Source: Camelus ferus (Eukaryota). From it: a DNA stretch of 64,000 bases. The position numbers and the translations under genes are program-made. The notes below the pieces were generated by a model. It was given only the letters and a program-made list of their open reading frames with translations, made no database searches and was not told the DNA's origin. The DNA lies in assembly GCF_009834535.1 (NCBI RefSeq), contig NC_045696.1:73844001-73908000 (forward strand), in the 5' to 3' direction. Positions 1 to 12,655 of this stretch are shown here, in pieces. Each line of letters opens with the position of its first letter. Position 1 is the first letter of the stretch.

Positions 1-639
1 AAATAATCACATTCAAATGGGCTTTAGGATCTTGAATGGTACTTGGAAACTAACAAATACTTCTCCTTGAAGAAGCAGGTTGTTGGGAAAAACACAGTAC
101 AGGAAGCTTTCGGATGGGTTTGCCCAGAGGCCATCTTATGTCTTCCAGGATTAGTTGCAGGAGAGTACTGGCAGGGAACACTTTATTTCCACAGAGTGAA
201 CAAACAGGGATTCTGGCACTCTGCCAAATAGTTTGGCCTCAGGATAACTAGCCAAGTCTTTAAAAAATATTTTGTTAAGTTCCAATTTACTACCTATTTC
301 CAGGTTGACCCTTTATAAAGATCTGTCTTTTTCCCAACTAGCCCCAAGGAAAGAGTTTCTGGCAGTTAGGAGTAGGGTGTTTTGGACAACCAATGGTTCC
401 TCCCCTCAACCAGTTGTTACTCATCAAGAGGACAATTGCTCTTTCCTTCTTCACAATTCATTCAGTCATTGTCCCTTTAGCCCAAATGAACTGAGGTGAG
501 CAGCACTGATGAAAACAAAGCCACACCTTGCTAATTATTTTTGCACCTGAACTGGATATGTCGTGCTTAATAAGCACTGTAATGTTCCTTTAATCAGTTG
601 GGTTTTAAAGACCTCTTAATTCTTATTTAAGACAATTTT

Positions 640-780
640 TAACTTATTGTTATTTGTTTCTATATTTTATAGGCTCCATGAGAGCAGAAACTTTTTTATG
701 CACTACTATATCCCCAGTACCTAGAACAGTACCTGGCACCCAGTAGGCCCTCAATAAGTATATGTGGAATGATAACTGAC
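640..780 (+). mobile_element. L2 LINE 3' end fragment
   Basis: GCTCCATGAGAGCAG...ATATCCCCAGTACCTAGAACAGTACCTGGCACCCAGTAGGCCCTCAATAAGTATATGTGGAATGA matches the L2 3' terminus. Confidence 0.85.
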
Positions 781-2929
781 ATTGTCATTTTACAGCGAGG
801 GTCTCAACCATAAGAAAAAGATGTTAATGTTATATGTAGTAACTAGGGGTTTTTTTTTAAATCACCAATAAAGATCCTTAGTTCAAACTCCCTGAAGGTA
901 AGAAACATGTTCCCAAAGTACCGGGAAAAGAGCTCTCCATAAGTCCTCAGTGAAAGTTGCTGAGTACAGACTTCTTTCTAGGAACACTTTGTTGAGAGGT
1001 CAATCAAACTCATCCCTCTCCTGAGATGGCTAATAGGAGCATAATTAGTACCCATTTGTTCATGTGGAATCATGGATCACCAACTTTGGTTTTATCCATT
1101 TTCTTGAGTTGGTATCAAAAGAAATCATCTCTAACGATTCACTGGCACTGCAGTCAAAGCACCACACACGTGAACAACCAGTATACGAACTGCCCCATCG
1201 TGACTGCCTCTGTGTGTTGCATTGTACATCTGCTTTGTACCAGAAGTCTTTTGAATACCTTGTGCCACTGTGACATTTTTGTGACAAGATGCAAAAGATT
1301 AGGGCAAAATAAGAACGAAACAGGAGTTATTGTTGTCTTAGGAAATATCATGTATTAAGGGTTGGTTATATGAGAAACTATAGTACAAAAAGTTGAAGAA
1401 TGCAATTAACTTAAATGAAATTCAGTTAACAAATGGAATGAATGAATAAGTGAGTAAATGGACACATAGATGCTTAATATAAAAATCTATGTGTCTGGTA
1501 TAATTCCTAGATCTCAGCAATCCTGTCCCCGTTCTTATCTCTGCATTGGCATCACGTGTAAACTCCACGTTCGCACATTTTAAAAGGCTGCATACTTGCT
1601 CTTTTGTCTGTATCACCAGAGGAAGAACTGGCCTGCGTTTCATTGACTACTAAAAAAGTACCGAGGAAAATTTGATTTGCGAAAATTGCTTTCACCCAAT
1701 TTATTTATTTATTTGTTCTCTCTTCTTTTGGTCAATTATTCATTTTTCTCAATTGTATAAAAGGTGCTAGGCTCTGGAAATAACTGGGGGAAAAGTGCAG
1801 CGCTTGACTTACAGTCCTAAAGCTTCAGTGGGGACTTGGTTATAAAGAGTTTTATTAAAATAATGACTTAATCACAAGTGAGTTGGAAATCCTGATGTCA
1901 AAGTCCGAGTTAATTGCCAGAAAGGGAAAATTTTGTGTTGTCCTGTTTAATAGGCTGCTATTTCACTGAGGCCGCTGAAGCTGGTGTGGTCAAACATGGA
2001 GTCCAGAGAGCTGAATGGCTTCTGGTCCTCCTAAGGCGTTTCTGTTAAGGCAGTGTACCCAAGAGCACCTAGGTCAGAGTAAATGCCCATTTACTTCTTT
2101 TATTCCTTCAATGTCGGCTTGATTCATCTAAATATGATCCATAGTTACTTCAGAAATCACTGTTTTTCCACCCCTAAAAACTGAAACATATTTCTGAAAG
2201 CAAATTTAACCTACTTTTGAGAAATATAATTGCTTTGGGGAGTCTTTACATGTTTCTTTTCCTTGGTGCAATGCTTTTAATTTCCAGTGTTTGTTTTTAC
2301 TAAAAATAGGAACTGAAACTCAGAGGGGAATCCATCATAACATGCCTTAATCATAGGAAAAGGTGAAAACATACGTGAGAGATGAGAAAAATTATACTGC
2401 AAGGCAGGAAAAAAAAATCCAGCACCCAAATTCACACTGACTTTGGAGCCCTTCAGTACTTTATTGCGTGCAAACCTTACTTCTCACTTGTCATTGCTAA
2501 AGGTACTTGTTTGAGTTGCCCAACTGAGAAGGATTTGTTTTGCACCACTTTCTGGAGATGGCTAATTTTGATAACACTTAAAAAGGTATACATTTTTATG
2601 TATATACATGTATGTATATTCATTTAAAATTACTCTTTCCCCTGTAGGAATGACTTGTTGTAAGCTATATTGCTGAGTTGCTGCGTTTCTATATAATGAA
2701 GTACCACTGGAGAGAACAGTCACTTGTGGCAGGTAGCAAAGAAATTTCAACAAAGTAAACTCTTAGTATTATCAAAATTATACATTTGGGGTTGTTAGCA
2801 TGGCCTAGAAAAAGATGAGGACAGGCTCATCTCATTAAAAGAGAAGAAATAGTGGAATTAGCTTGAATCTAATTACAAGCCACACTATCTAATGTAAAAA
2901 CATGACTGTTTTTTCACTCCCATTCATTT

Positions 2930-3410
2930 TGACTAGTAATTAGTTTTGGCCTCTAAAATGCCACCCTTTAATCATCCAAACACAGATGTGATTTGCCATG
3001 CAATTTAATCTTGCTTTAATGAAGAACTAATGGACGCATCGCAAATTACTTTCCCTGTTGGAGAAAAATTCTATTTCCTGCTTTTCAAAAGATCAAGAGT
3101 ATCTTGTGATAATAGCCCAAGCGGCCCTGGCAGCCTCACCGCACAGAGCAAACAAGCTCTTTTACTCAACTCCCAATTCAATGGAGAAAAAGAGGCTACA
3201 ATTAGCAACAAAGCAGGGGAAACGCAGCATTACAGCCGAATCACTTTCTGTAGCTCAACCCCCGGCAACCACTGGCTTGTTAGAGCCAGGTCTAAAGTGT
3301 CAGGCACGAACAATGCGCTGTGATAAATTACTCTCTTCAAACAGCTGCACTGCTAATTTTCAATTATACACACAAATGGCTCTCAGATTGGAAGAAAATG
3401 GAGTGCATGG
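2930..3410. promoter_or_regulatory. Candidate conserved non-coding element / enhancer
   Basis: No recognisable repeat; retained CpGs in an otherwise CpG-depleted region; SOX motifs AACAAAG (3207-3213) and AACAATG (3309-3315); many TAAT/ATTA cores. Conservation itself cannot be seen here. Confidence 0.55.
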
Positions 3411-6400
3411 GGAGAACAGTAGTAGATTTCTATGTTTGTTTGGTAGTGAGTGTGGAGGCGGGAGAATGACATCTTGAAAAGAAAGCCGTGGTGAGGAGTC
3501 GGTGTTTGAACTTCAGAAGAGGAGCCATCCGGAATCTTAGGGAGACCTGTGGTTTCCCCGTTTTGCTCTGGGTTCTAAAAGGCGTGAAATTACGAGTTAC
3601 TTTCTTTCCTTGGTTTGCTTTTTGTTTGTTTGTTTGTTTTGACCCATTGCTCACTTTATATTGAACATTCGCTACTGACCTTGCTGCTCTGCCTTGGGAA
3701 GCCCATTAGGAATCACAGAGGCTCTGTTCCCTGGGTACCCCTGCCATCCTGGTACCAAATCCACACAGATGCTCCAGTCTCTCTTCTTACTTCCTTAGTT
3801 TCCCACCAACCTAGTTGTACTTCATCTCTTACATTTTCTCTCCCATTCACGCCCATCAATGGCTATTCCTGAGTCATAGTTCAATCTTTATGCATATACT
3901 TTAAAGGGACACCTCCTCTACCCACATAAAAGACATTCACCCTCTTAGAGCAAAGAAGAATTTTAAGAATCTCAGTTTTGTTTTGTTGTCCTGAACAAGA
4001 TTTGCCTTCAGGGATACCAAAATATCGCTCTCAAATGAAAACAAGTATTACAAGCTGTTTCCTCTTCTTTGGTTTTTGGTACAGAGACAAGCACTGTAAA
4101 TTAACACACTATTATTCTGTTTTCTTTACCTGTATGTTTTCCCTGCGTCCTAAGGGTCGGCCTACTTTCTGGTTTTTTGAAATTAGAGTTCAAGGAGGTC
4201 TATGTTACCGACCATCTCTTAGGCTTTCAGGAAGGGTTCATGGCAAGTCTGTGCCCAAACCAGCCCCACCCCAGACCATTAGCACCTTTGTGGAACATGT
4301 GTCCCCTGTGCCCGTCCTATTTTTCATGTGGCTATTACCCAAGAAAGAAAAGGCAAAGATGGGCTTTTTCATAGAGAGACACTTGCTAAACCTCTGAATG
4401 GCAGCACAAATTTATTTTCTTACAGAAAACACCAAGCCACTTCCTGCTGGATTTGTCTCTATCTCATTCCAAGCAGGAGGGTATAGCCACAAGTGTGTGA
4501 CACGGAGTTCTTCCTTTAGCTCTCTTTCTTAGAATTCGGTTTGCAACCGCAGGAGCTGCTCTTTTGTTTTGCAGCAGGGTTGGTGTGGATGTTACCGTGT
4601 TTGTCATCTTGAAGACGCTACAAATTTCTTGCCACTTTTAGCATCTGTTCATTGTGTTCAGTGATAAGGATGCACTCACCTTTGGGGGAGCAGTCTGGAT
4701 AGACAAGCCCCTGTTTACTGTGCTGATTCAGACCGGGACTTCCTTTGACTTCAACAGCCCCAAAGAAGACAACAAATGGGTCTCATCTGCTTAAGGGCCT
4801 TACATTAACATGACACAATCATTTGGCCAGAAGAGGATAATGGCCATTAAAATGTTCTGATTTCTAACCATTTTCTAGAAGATTGAATGTAATGTAAATT
4901 AATATTCAAAAAGGGGGCCTCCAGAATGGAATTTGTTTTAAAAAGAGCAACCGTTTTAGAAAGATAGGGTAGAGTAACCTCTTTTAGAGTAGTCTTCCTC
5001 AGCAAGGAAAAATTGTGAGCATTATATATTTGAATTAGGGATATTATCATTTAGAAAAGACTATATGGCAAATTTAAAATGCCAGTCCATTAAAAGTTAC
5101 TTTTCTTGATGTAGCCAGGGAAGACTATGGGGGTGGTGGGGGATGGTTGCGATACTAAGTAGAAATGCGGTACTTTTTTTTCTTTTTTTTGCTGAAGTGG
5201 GATTTTACTCCTTCTACTTTATAATCGTTACAGAAATTTAAACCTCAAACCATTTCAGCCCAAGCTTATACTAAGCTTGTTAGTGGTTTCTGATGCTGTG
5301 GACGATAATGCTGCAGCATTACCATAAATCAGCAGAATTAACTATGATCTTCAGAAGCATGCTTGAAAGTGGGTGACAGAAGTCTGCAATTTGGTGCTCT
5401 GAATATTATGATAACATTCTATATTAAATGTTCATAATCTACTTAAAGCTGAGCTTCAAGTACATTTAGTATTTGTGCTTTGCCCAATGTTAAAAGCCAG
5501 TAACAATTATTACCATCCATGTGAGGCGTCATTATTTGCAAATGCAAAATGTAAAAATATATGGTCATGTATGTACTAAGTGGCCTTTTTGTTAATTTTT
5601 TAAAGTGTTGATTTATTAGTTCATTTATATGTGGTTATTGCTTTGTCCATTTAAAAACTGGCTTGAAATTTTATTTTTATCACATTACCATTCACAAGGA
5701 AAATGATTAGATTCAAATACATTTCAGATACTCGACTGCAAACTTCTAAAATATGTATTATTCACTCTGCCTTTTACATCACATGTCAGTTTTCATATAA
5801 TTTTATGCCTTGAAAGCATCCACTTTGGGCATTGAGTCCCAAAAAGTAACACTCTACTTTGAAGGCAACAATAATCAGTGTCTATACCATGTTTTTTTGT
5901 ACACACTCCCCAAGATATATATTCTCTGACTTGCTCCCTGAATGACCTATTTATGAGCAAATTGAGGTTTATTTCTTTATTGCCCTTGTTGTTCTATGCT
6001 AAATTGCACATATACCAAAGCATGTTGACCAGTGCTTTAGGGATGGGAAGAAAATATGGAGACAAGTCATTCTTAGCAAATGGATAGAAAGTGAATTTTT
6101 TGCAATGTTGAGAAAATACGATTGTTCATTGCTTGAAATGAAACCACCACTGAGCTATTTAAGCTTGCCTCTAAATTGCACCTCCAATAAAGGTTATAGC
6201 ATAATTAAGTGGTTACTTCAGCAGGTAAGCAAGTTAGACACAGTGAGGATTTTTAATACATACTTTATTGGCCTACAATGAGACTCAAAGAAATGATGAA
6301 AAATGTACATACAACTTTATTTTCCCACTGATTTTGTGAAATGTAAGGAAGCAAGAATTTTGACAGTATTTTTCATTCACAGGGGTTATATAGAAAATCT

Positions 6401-6744
6401 CATCTAAACCAGATCCTAAATGGGATTAAATATGATCTATTTTAAATGGATCATCTTATAAAAACCTCATACATTCCTAACATTCAAATGCTCTCAAAGG
6501 AGCTCTGTCTCTCAGGTCTTGACTGGGGATACAGGAGGAATCTGAGTCCTTGAGATCCCACAGTGTACAGTGCTTTCTCAAGCTCACCCTTGTTTTCCTC
6601 CTCAGCAGTGAATGATTGCCGGCAGCCCTCCCTCCCAAAGTCCCTGTGCCCATATTTCATCCATAGAAAGAACACGAAAAGACCCACAGAAGCACTTTGA
6701 AAAGAGAAAACTGCTATATGCATACAACAGAAATAACTGATAGC

Positions 6745-6960
6745 ATCACAATTTATTGAGTATCTACTAAGTGCTGCAATGTTTAAGTACTTTGCATACA
6801 TTATTTCCAATCCTTACAGACAACGTAGGCATTTTCATCTTTATTTTATAGGTAAGGAAATTGAGTTTCCCAAGAAGTTAAGTAACTTACCACAATCTAT
6901 GAGATGAATTAAAATTTCTGGTTCTAAAGCCCATAATTTAAATCACTGAACTACTCTGGC
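6745..6960 (-). mobile_element. MIR SINE
   Basis: ATTTATTGAG...ATTTTATAGGTAAGGAAATTGAG...AAGTTAAGTAACTTACC, the antisense MIR core. Confidence 0.85.
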
Positions 6961-7384
6961 TCTAATTACTTAAATATATCTATTAGATATTCATAATTAT
7001 TTAAAAATGTGTATTAATATGAATTCTCCAAATTACATGGATGTTATATTATCACTTATGAAAACCAGGATTTTTGATCAATTTCCTGCCTTTCTAAGGG
7101 AACAAGATTTGAGAGATATTTGTCTCTTGACTATATTAATTGGGAAAAGAGGGAAAGATGCCAAGGACTGAGGTTCTCAAAATCAGTCACTCAGGGGCAT
7201 AATCGCTTTGGTATGAAGATGTAGTGGTGGAATTTGGTATTCTAGGTAACTTCAAACAGACTTTTTTCAGTATGATATGTATTAATAATGTTTTCATCAG
7301 AAGTAGCACTATTTTCCCCATGAATTTAGCAGTTCTAAGAGTAAACAGGCATATAGGGTTCATCTGGATCCCTTGGCACCATTA

Positions 7385-8785
7385 CTTAAAATGAATAAGA
7401 AAATTTAGGAAGAGAACTGCCTTTGAAGACTTACCTTACCAACAGTAAATGAAGAATATATGATAAAGATATGTTAATATGCATGTGGTATTGATACAGG
7501 GATGGAACAAGCAGTGAAGAATACAAAGTCTAGAACAAGATCAATGTATACATGATGATGTAGTTATGATAAAAGTACATATCAAATCAGTGGAATAGAT
7601 GATCTATTCAATTCATGTGTTGAGACAATTGGTTGCCCATTTGAGAAAAGATGCTATTAGATCCTTACTGTTCACAAAAAAATTCAGGGTAAGTGAGAAT
7701 TTAATGTAACAAACAAACACACAACAAAATAACAATACCATAAAAATCCTAGAAGAAAATATAAGAGAATATTTTTTATGAACTTCAGCCAGAGAAGTTT
7801 CTAAGCAAAACATGAAGTTACCAAGTCATATGTGAAAAGAAGTGACAAGTTTAACTACATAAAAATGAAAATTAAAAAAAAATGAAAAATTTTCTCTATT
7901 CATTAAAAAATGTTAAGAGACAAACAATAAACTGAAAGAAAATATCTGCAATACATGTAATATTCAAAGGAGTAATATCTACAATAGGTAAAGTTCTCCT
8001 ACAAATCTAATAGTAAAAAGAAAAATATGCCAATGGAAAATTGATCAGATATGGAAAGGCAAATAATTCTTGGAAAATGAAATACAACTAGATAGTAAAC
8101 ACAAATGTATCATCTCACTAGCATTCAGGGAAATGCAGATGAAAGCAAGTTACCATTTTTTCTCCATTAAACTAGCAGAAATGTAAAAGCCTGCCCATGT
8201 CTAGTTTTAGTGAGGATGTAAAGAGCACACAAACACTGTGATGGAAGGTGAATTGATACAATACTCATCCAGATTAAAAATACACAAACTACCTGACCCA
8301 GCAATTCACCTTTAAAAGCAATTCTATAGAAATATTTTGTACACCTGCTCAAAGATATATGTATAATGTTCATTATAACATTTGTAATAACTGAAAATTG
8401 GAAACATACTAAGAGTTCATTAGCATTAAGATAATAAATATGGTACACCTACACATGGAATATTATGCAGACTGAAAGAGGTCCATTGATTAGTAAAAAA
8501 AAAAAAAAAGGCAAATCTTAGAATAATATGTGTAGTGTAGTCCTATTGATATAAAAATCTATGTATATGTGCAGTGCATCGAAAAGCTCTGGAAAGATAT
8601 ACCTACAAATTGTTAATAATGGGAGGTAGAGCAAGACTGAGACTGGCTGATTGAAGAGTGTGTGTGTTTGTGTGTGTGTGTGTGTGCGCATGTGTGTGTG
8701 GTTTTTACTCATTAGACTGTATTGTGAGAAACTTTTTAAAAATTTTACAATAGTTTTTTTCCTTTTTCAGTGAAAGTAATAGTAA
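7385..8785 (+). mobile_element. Ancient L1 (L1M/L1ME-like) ORF2 3' part and 3' UTR, degraded
   Basis: A-rich strand with L1 hallmarks: GTGGTATTGATACAGG, ATCAAATCAGTGG, CAGGGAAATGCAGATGAAA, GACCCAGCAATTCAC, ATGGAATATTATGCAG. Confidence 0.85.
8658..8701. repeat. (TG)n microsatellite, interrupted
   Basis: Direct reading. Confidence 0.9.
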
Positions 8786-8909
8786 TAAGAAATCCACTGT
8801 CAAATTCCTATAAACAGGCATGTTGTAGGGGAGATAAACATATTGTTAGCATTTCCTTTCACGTGTTTACATAAGAAGTCTAGTTGCTGACCCTTCCCAG
8901 TTTAGCACC

Positions 8910-9110
8910 TAGTTAAGAGAAAGGGCTTTGGAGTCAGATGCATGTGCTAAAGTGCCAGTGGAAAATTGCCAAACCTTTGGGAACCTCAGTTTCATCATCT
9001 GGAAAATGGGGATAAAGGTTCTCATTTTACAGGACTGTTGTGAGGATTTCGGAGGTAATGTACCTAAATTGCAGAACTCAAAATCTGGCCCAGAGTTTGA
9101 TGAATGGTCA
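8910..9110 (+). mobile_element. MIR SINE
   Basis: GGGCTTTGGAGTCAGA...CCTCAGTTTCATCATCTGGAAAATGGGGATAA...TGTTGTGAGGATT. Confidence 0.85.
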
Positions 9111-9119
9111 CTTTTTGTG

Positions 9120-9270
9120 GCCTCACAACCATTCTGTGATGTGGTAAGACATACTTTAACTCTAATTTTTTACAGATGGAGAAATTCAGGCTCAGAGAGG
9201 TTAAACAGCTTTTTTAAGATCAGACAGAATCTGGGACGAGAGTCTGGATTTAATTATTATTTTTCTGGAT
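9120..9270 (-). mobile_element. MIR SINE
   Basis: CCTCACAAC...TTTTACAGATGGAGAAATTCAGGCTCAGAGAGGTTAA, antisense core. Confidence 0.85.
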
Positions 9271-11093
9271 TATGGTTCTTTTTCTTAGAAGCTGAAGGAA
9301 TTGAAGGTTGGATAATTTTTACTTCAAAAATTGCCTATTTTATCTACATTTTAGAAACTACTAATTTCACCTGTGAAATGAAAAAAACTAATATGCAGTG
9401 GAAATTGGTATTGAAGGAACAAAAAAATCCCCCAGTAGCTCTACATAATTTCCTATGAATTGCCTGGCCTCTGATGTAGAAATATCTGTCATTTCATGGA
9501 CTCTAGGGCCATGAAAGAGACAGATTTCTGCTCTATTCTGATTCAGATGATTTCTTCTTCTAATCTTCCATCTCACTCCAACTAGCCTGCCCCAGTCTAG
9601 AATTTCAGCTTCCCCTTCAGTTGACAGAATCCTCTGGCCTCCAGCTTGCTCCCCTGTCACCCTGACTCCTGGGCAGCTGTAATGCAGTGCCTGCTACCAT
9701 GTTCATTGATTGAATGAATGATTATGACTTTCACATGCTCTTTGTTTCCATCTTTCATCAATGAATAGAATGTTTAGTGCTACAGATTTCAGTTCAATCT
9801 AAAGAGGAAATATCTAACAATAGGACAGATTATCTGGAAAAGTTTGAGGATCTATCAAGGATGTCTGTAGTGGGTAGGGAGGGTACAGATCATATATATG
9901 ATCTCTGCTTGGTTCCTGGGTTCTGAGATTTTAAAATCAATGTTGAATATCTGCTTTTTGTGTGTTTTGTTTTGTTTTGCAGAAATTATTTTCCAGCTAT
10001 TCATTTACTATGAAACTACTTATTTTCATGGAGGATGATTTGCTCAAAAGTTATCCTTACGCAGAAAGAGAAAAAAATGACCCATTGATTAATAATAGTC
10101 ACAAAATTGCCATTAGCATTATGCAGTTTTTAATGAACCATCATCTATTTTAAGCTAATATTTTTGTGATATGAAACTGACCACACTGTCTTTACAGAAG
10201 GGTGACTGAGCAGGGTGGTCGGATCAGTACAGAAAATAAAAATAAGATCAGGGGCTTCAGGCCTTGCTTTTGGTCATGGGACTAAAACTTGGTCTCTAAT
10301 AAAAACATTTTGAAAGCCCCAGAGGTGGTAGGAGTTTTCTTTTGGTTGACCACCGTAAGACTTCAAGGATTCGCCTTCCCTATGGTGACAGGTTTTCTAC
10401 AAGACTGTGGTCTGGGCGGCCTCTCCAGGAAGCCAGCAGGTAGCACACAAGTTTTATGAGGGCTTTGATTTGCATTAAGTCTCCTACACACACTTCTGAG
10501 CAAAGGACGGGAGGGGGATTTTCCATGAGGAGATCCGTTGAGTTTTTGTGCCAATTGAAGACTATGAATTAATGCTTTTCTGATATTCCTAAAATTAAAA
10601 CCCCATGAACTAACCATTTTAGGGTATTAAGCTTTGCTTCAAAATGCATTCTCCACAGATGAATCAAAGGGCCTAATGCATTTGCTATTTGGGAATAATA
10701 AAGCATGAAATGGGGTGCAGGACTTATATATTTACATAAGAAGAAAGAGCTGGAAAAGTTTAGGAGAAACAACAACAGAGGAAGGTGCCACTGTGAGACT
10801 TGCTCTGAAAAAAGCAGGCATGTAAATTGCTCCTCTTCAAACCGCTACCCAGTTTATGACAACTGAGGTGCATAAAGGATTTTGGAGGCCTCACCCCTTC
10901 CTTTCCTTTGGGTTCCCTAGAATTTCCTCTAGATTTTGGCATTACCCTTGCCTTGCTGTGTAGTCCTGGGAGTACGGTTAACATTGTGTGACACCTATAA
11001 CGATAGTAATGACCTGGGAAGACAAGAGGTGAAGTAGAGGTGGTTTCTAACTAAGGAACAAAAAGACAAGGGAGCAAAAAGGGTCTAGTTAGC

Positions 11094-11152
11094 TTTCTCT
11101 CTCTCCTCTCCCCTCCTCTCCTCGCGTCTCCTTTCTCTCTCTCTCTCGCTCA
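11094..11152. repeat. CT-rich low-complexity / (CT)n tract
   Basis: Direct reading: nearly pure pyrimidine tract. Confidence 0.85.
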
Positions 11153-11801
11153 CCTCTGCCCGCCTCCACACATACTTGTACACTCTAGCTTTTTTTTTTC
11201 TTGGCCAGAGCACCTCACTGTGTAGTTGAAAATATTTCACATCATCCAGTGAAGAGAACAAGGACAGTTACTTGACCTTTTTTGCACTTAGTGGCAAGTC
11301 ATTTCACAGAAAGGAAGCTGGTTTGTCTAGGGAATTAATAAAGAGGAAAATACTAATATATAAAAGGCATTAGCAATAAGAGAGAAGCAAAATCTTTTAA
11401 AAATCGCTGTTAGCAGAAGAAAGTCAAAAGCCTTGAGTTTCTTTGGTTATTTCTAACACTGCCTTTTGTTGGGTATCTTTTGCTCTCAAATTTTTGCCAA
11501 TTGAGATATAAGTTATTTCACTGAGATAGCCAGTAGAAGTGATGGGTTTTACCTATAGCATCAACAAAACCATTGCATTCAGTTAGAAGACTCATTTGTT
11601 GTCTATTTCATCTTCGGGGCAGGAGTTGCCTTACTCAGGGGAAGCTATATGGTAACACTCAAATACGTTGTAGATGGAGACTTGATTGGGCTGGCCTTGA
11701 GAGTACGGCAGTGTGAGTCAAGACCAACACTGTAATGTGTTGTTTGATTCATTAGTTGGATGATGGTAGTGTGATGTAGTAAAAATAATATATACCTAGA
11801 A

Positions 11802-11944
11802 CTGTAGGCCTTAATTACCTCAAGAACTTGCTAAAACCGCCTGATCCTGGTCCATCCCCAAAACTCTGATTTAGTACATCTGGATAGGTCCCAGAAATCT
11901 GAATTTTTGACAAGCATCTTAGGGCCAACCTTTGAGTAATACTG
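11802..11944. mobile_element. MER5-like hAT-Charlie MITE with 8-bp TSD
   Basis: Internal CTGATTTAGTACATCTGG...CCCAGAAATCTGAATTTT...CTTTGAGTAATACTG; identical ACCTAGAA at 11794-11801 and 11945-11952, matching the hAT-type NTCTAGAN target. Confidence 0.85.
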
Positions 11945-11974
11945 ACCTAGAAACTTACGTAGCATGAGGACATT

Positions 11975-12200
11975 GACAGAATATGAGATTTAATATTGTA
12001 AGAACTGGATTTGACTCATCTTCACCATTTAGTAACTGTGTGATCTGGGCAGGCTACTTAACCTCTGAGCTCAGTTGCCTCATTTTAACATGGGTAAACA
12101 TGCAACTACCTTATAGGATTGTTCTCTGGATTAACTGGAAAAAGATATGTGAAAACATATTGTACATTGCCTGGCACCTAATAAGCATGTAAACAAGTTC
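11975..12200 (+). mobile_element. MIR SINE
   Basis: CTGTGTGATCTGGGCAGGCTACTTAACCTCTGAGCTCAGTTGCCTCAT...TGCCTGGCACCTAATAAG. Confidence 0.85.
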
Positions 12201-12369
12201 CCCCATCATGACATAATCTGAAGTGTTCCGCAGAGACTGTTTATCTAAAACATCTGTCACAAGTAAGTACCTGAACTTCCTACCAAAGGATCAAGCCTTT
12301 AGGTTAAAACATAGTCTTGAGTAAATAACTGTTGTGGTCCAAGTAAGTCACTTGGAACTGCTTATCCTT

Positions 12370-12655
12370 TCCTGGTTCTTCCTGGGATGTGTTCTTGGGA
12401 ACAGGAATCCTATGGCATTAAGAGGTGGTATAAAAAAAGGTTCATGGTCAAGTGATTTTGGGAAATATAAGATTATACAAAATCAATAGTTTTTTGGTAT
12501 AAGCCTTTTCTGAGCCTTTAATATGTTAATACACGTTTTGAGTCTATAAGAGTGGGCTTGTGTATAGCCTTCCCTAAATTTAACAGGAAAGTCTCTTTGA
12601 ATGAAGCATCTCAGGAAAATTTACTCGGGAAACACAATGACGTATTTTCACACAT
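12370..12655. mobile_element. MER112-like hAT-Charlie DNA transposon relic
   Basis: AAAAAAAGGTTCATGGTCAAGTGATTTTGGGAAA...CTGAGCCTTTAATATGTTAAT...CCCTAAATTT; related sequence recurs at ~33980-34215. Confidence 0.6.

Noticed and set aside
1026..1358. Four overlapping ORFs, including a Cys/Trp-rich minus-strand 75-aa ORF (1060-1287)
   Set aside because: I recognise no homology, and there is no poly-A/TSD to suggest a retrocopy. A tBLASTn search would be needed to exclude a decayed pseudogene fragment.
3058..3477. 139-aa ORF over the candidate conserved element
   Set aside because: Starts at TTG, no recognisable protein, no convincing exon boundaries; better explained as an open frame in a moderately GC-rich non-coding element.
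8928..9458. Longest ORF in the track (176 aa)
   Set aside because: TTG start, and it runs through two MIR copies (NLSFIIWKMGI and FYRWRNSGSERLN are typical MIR translations).
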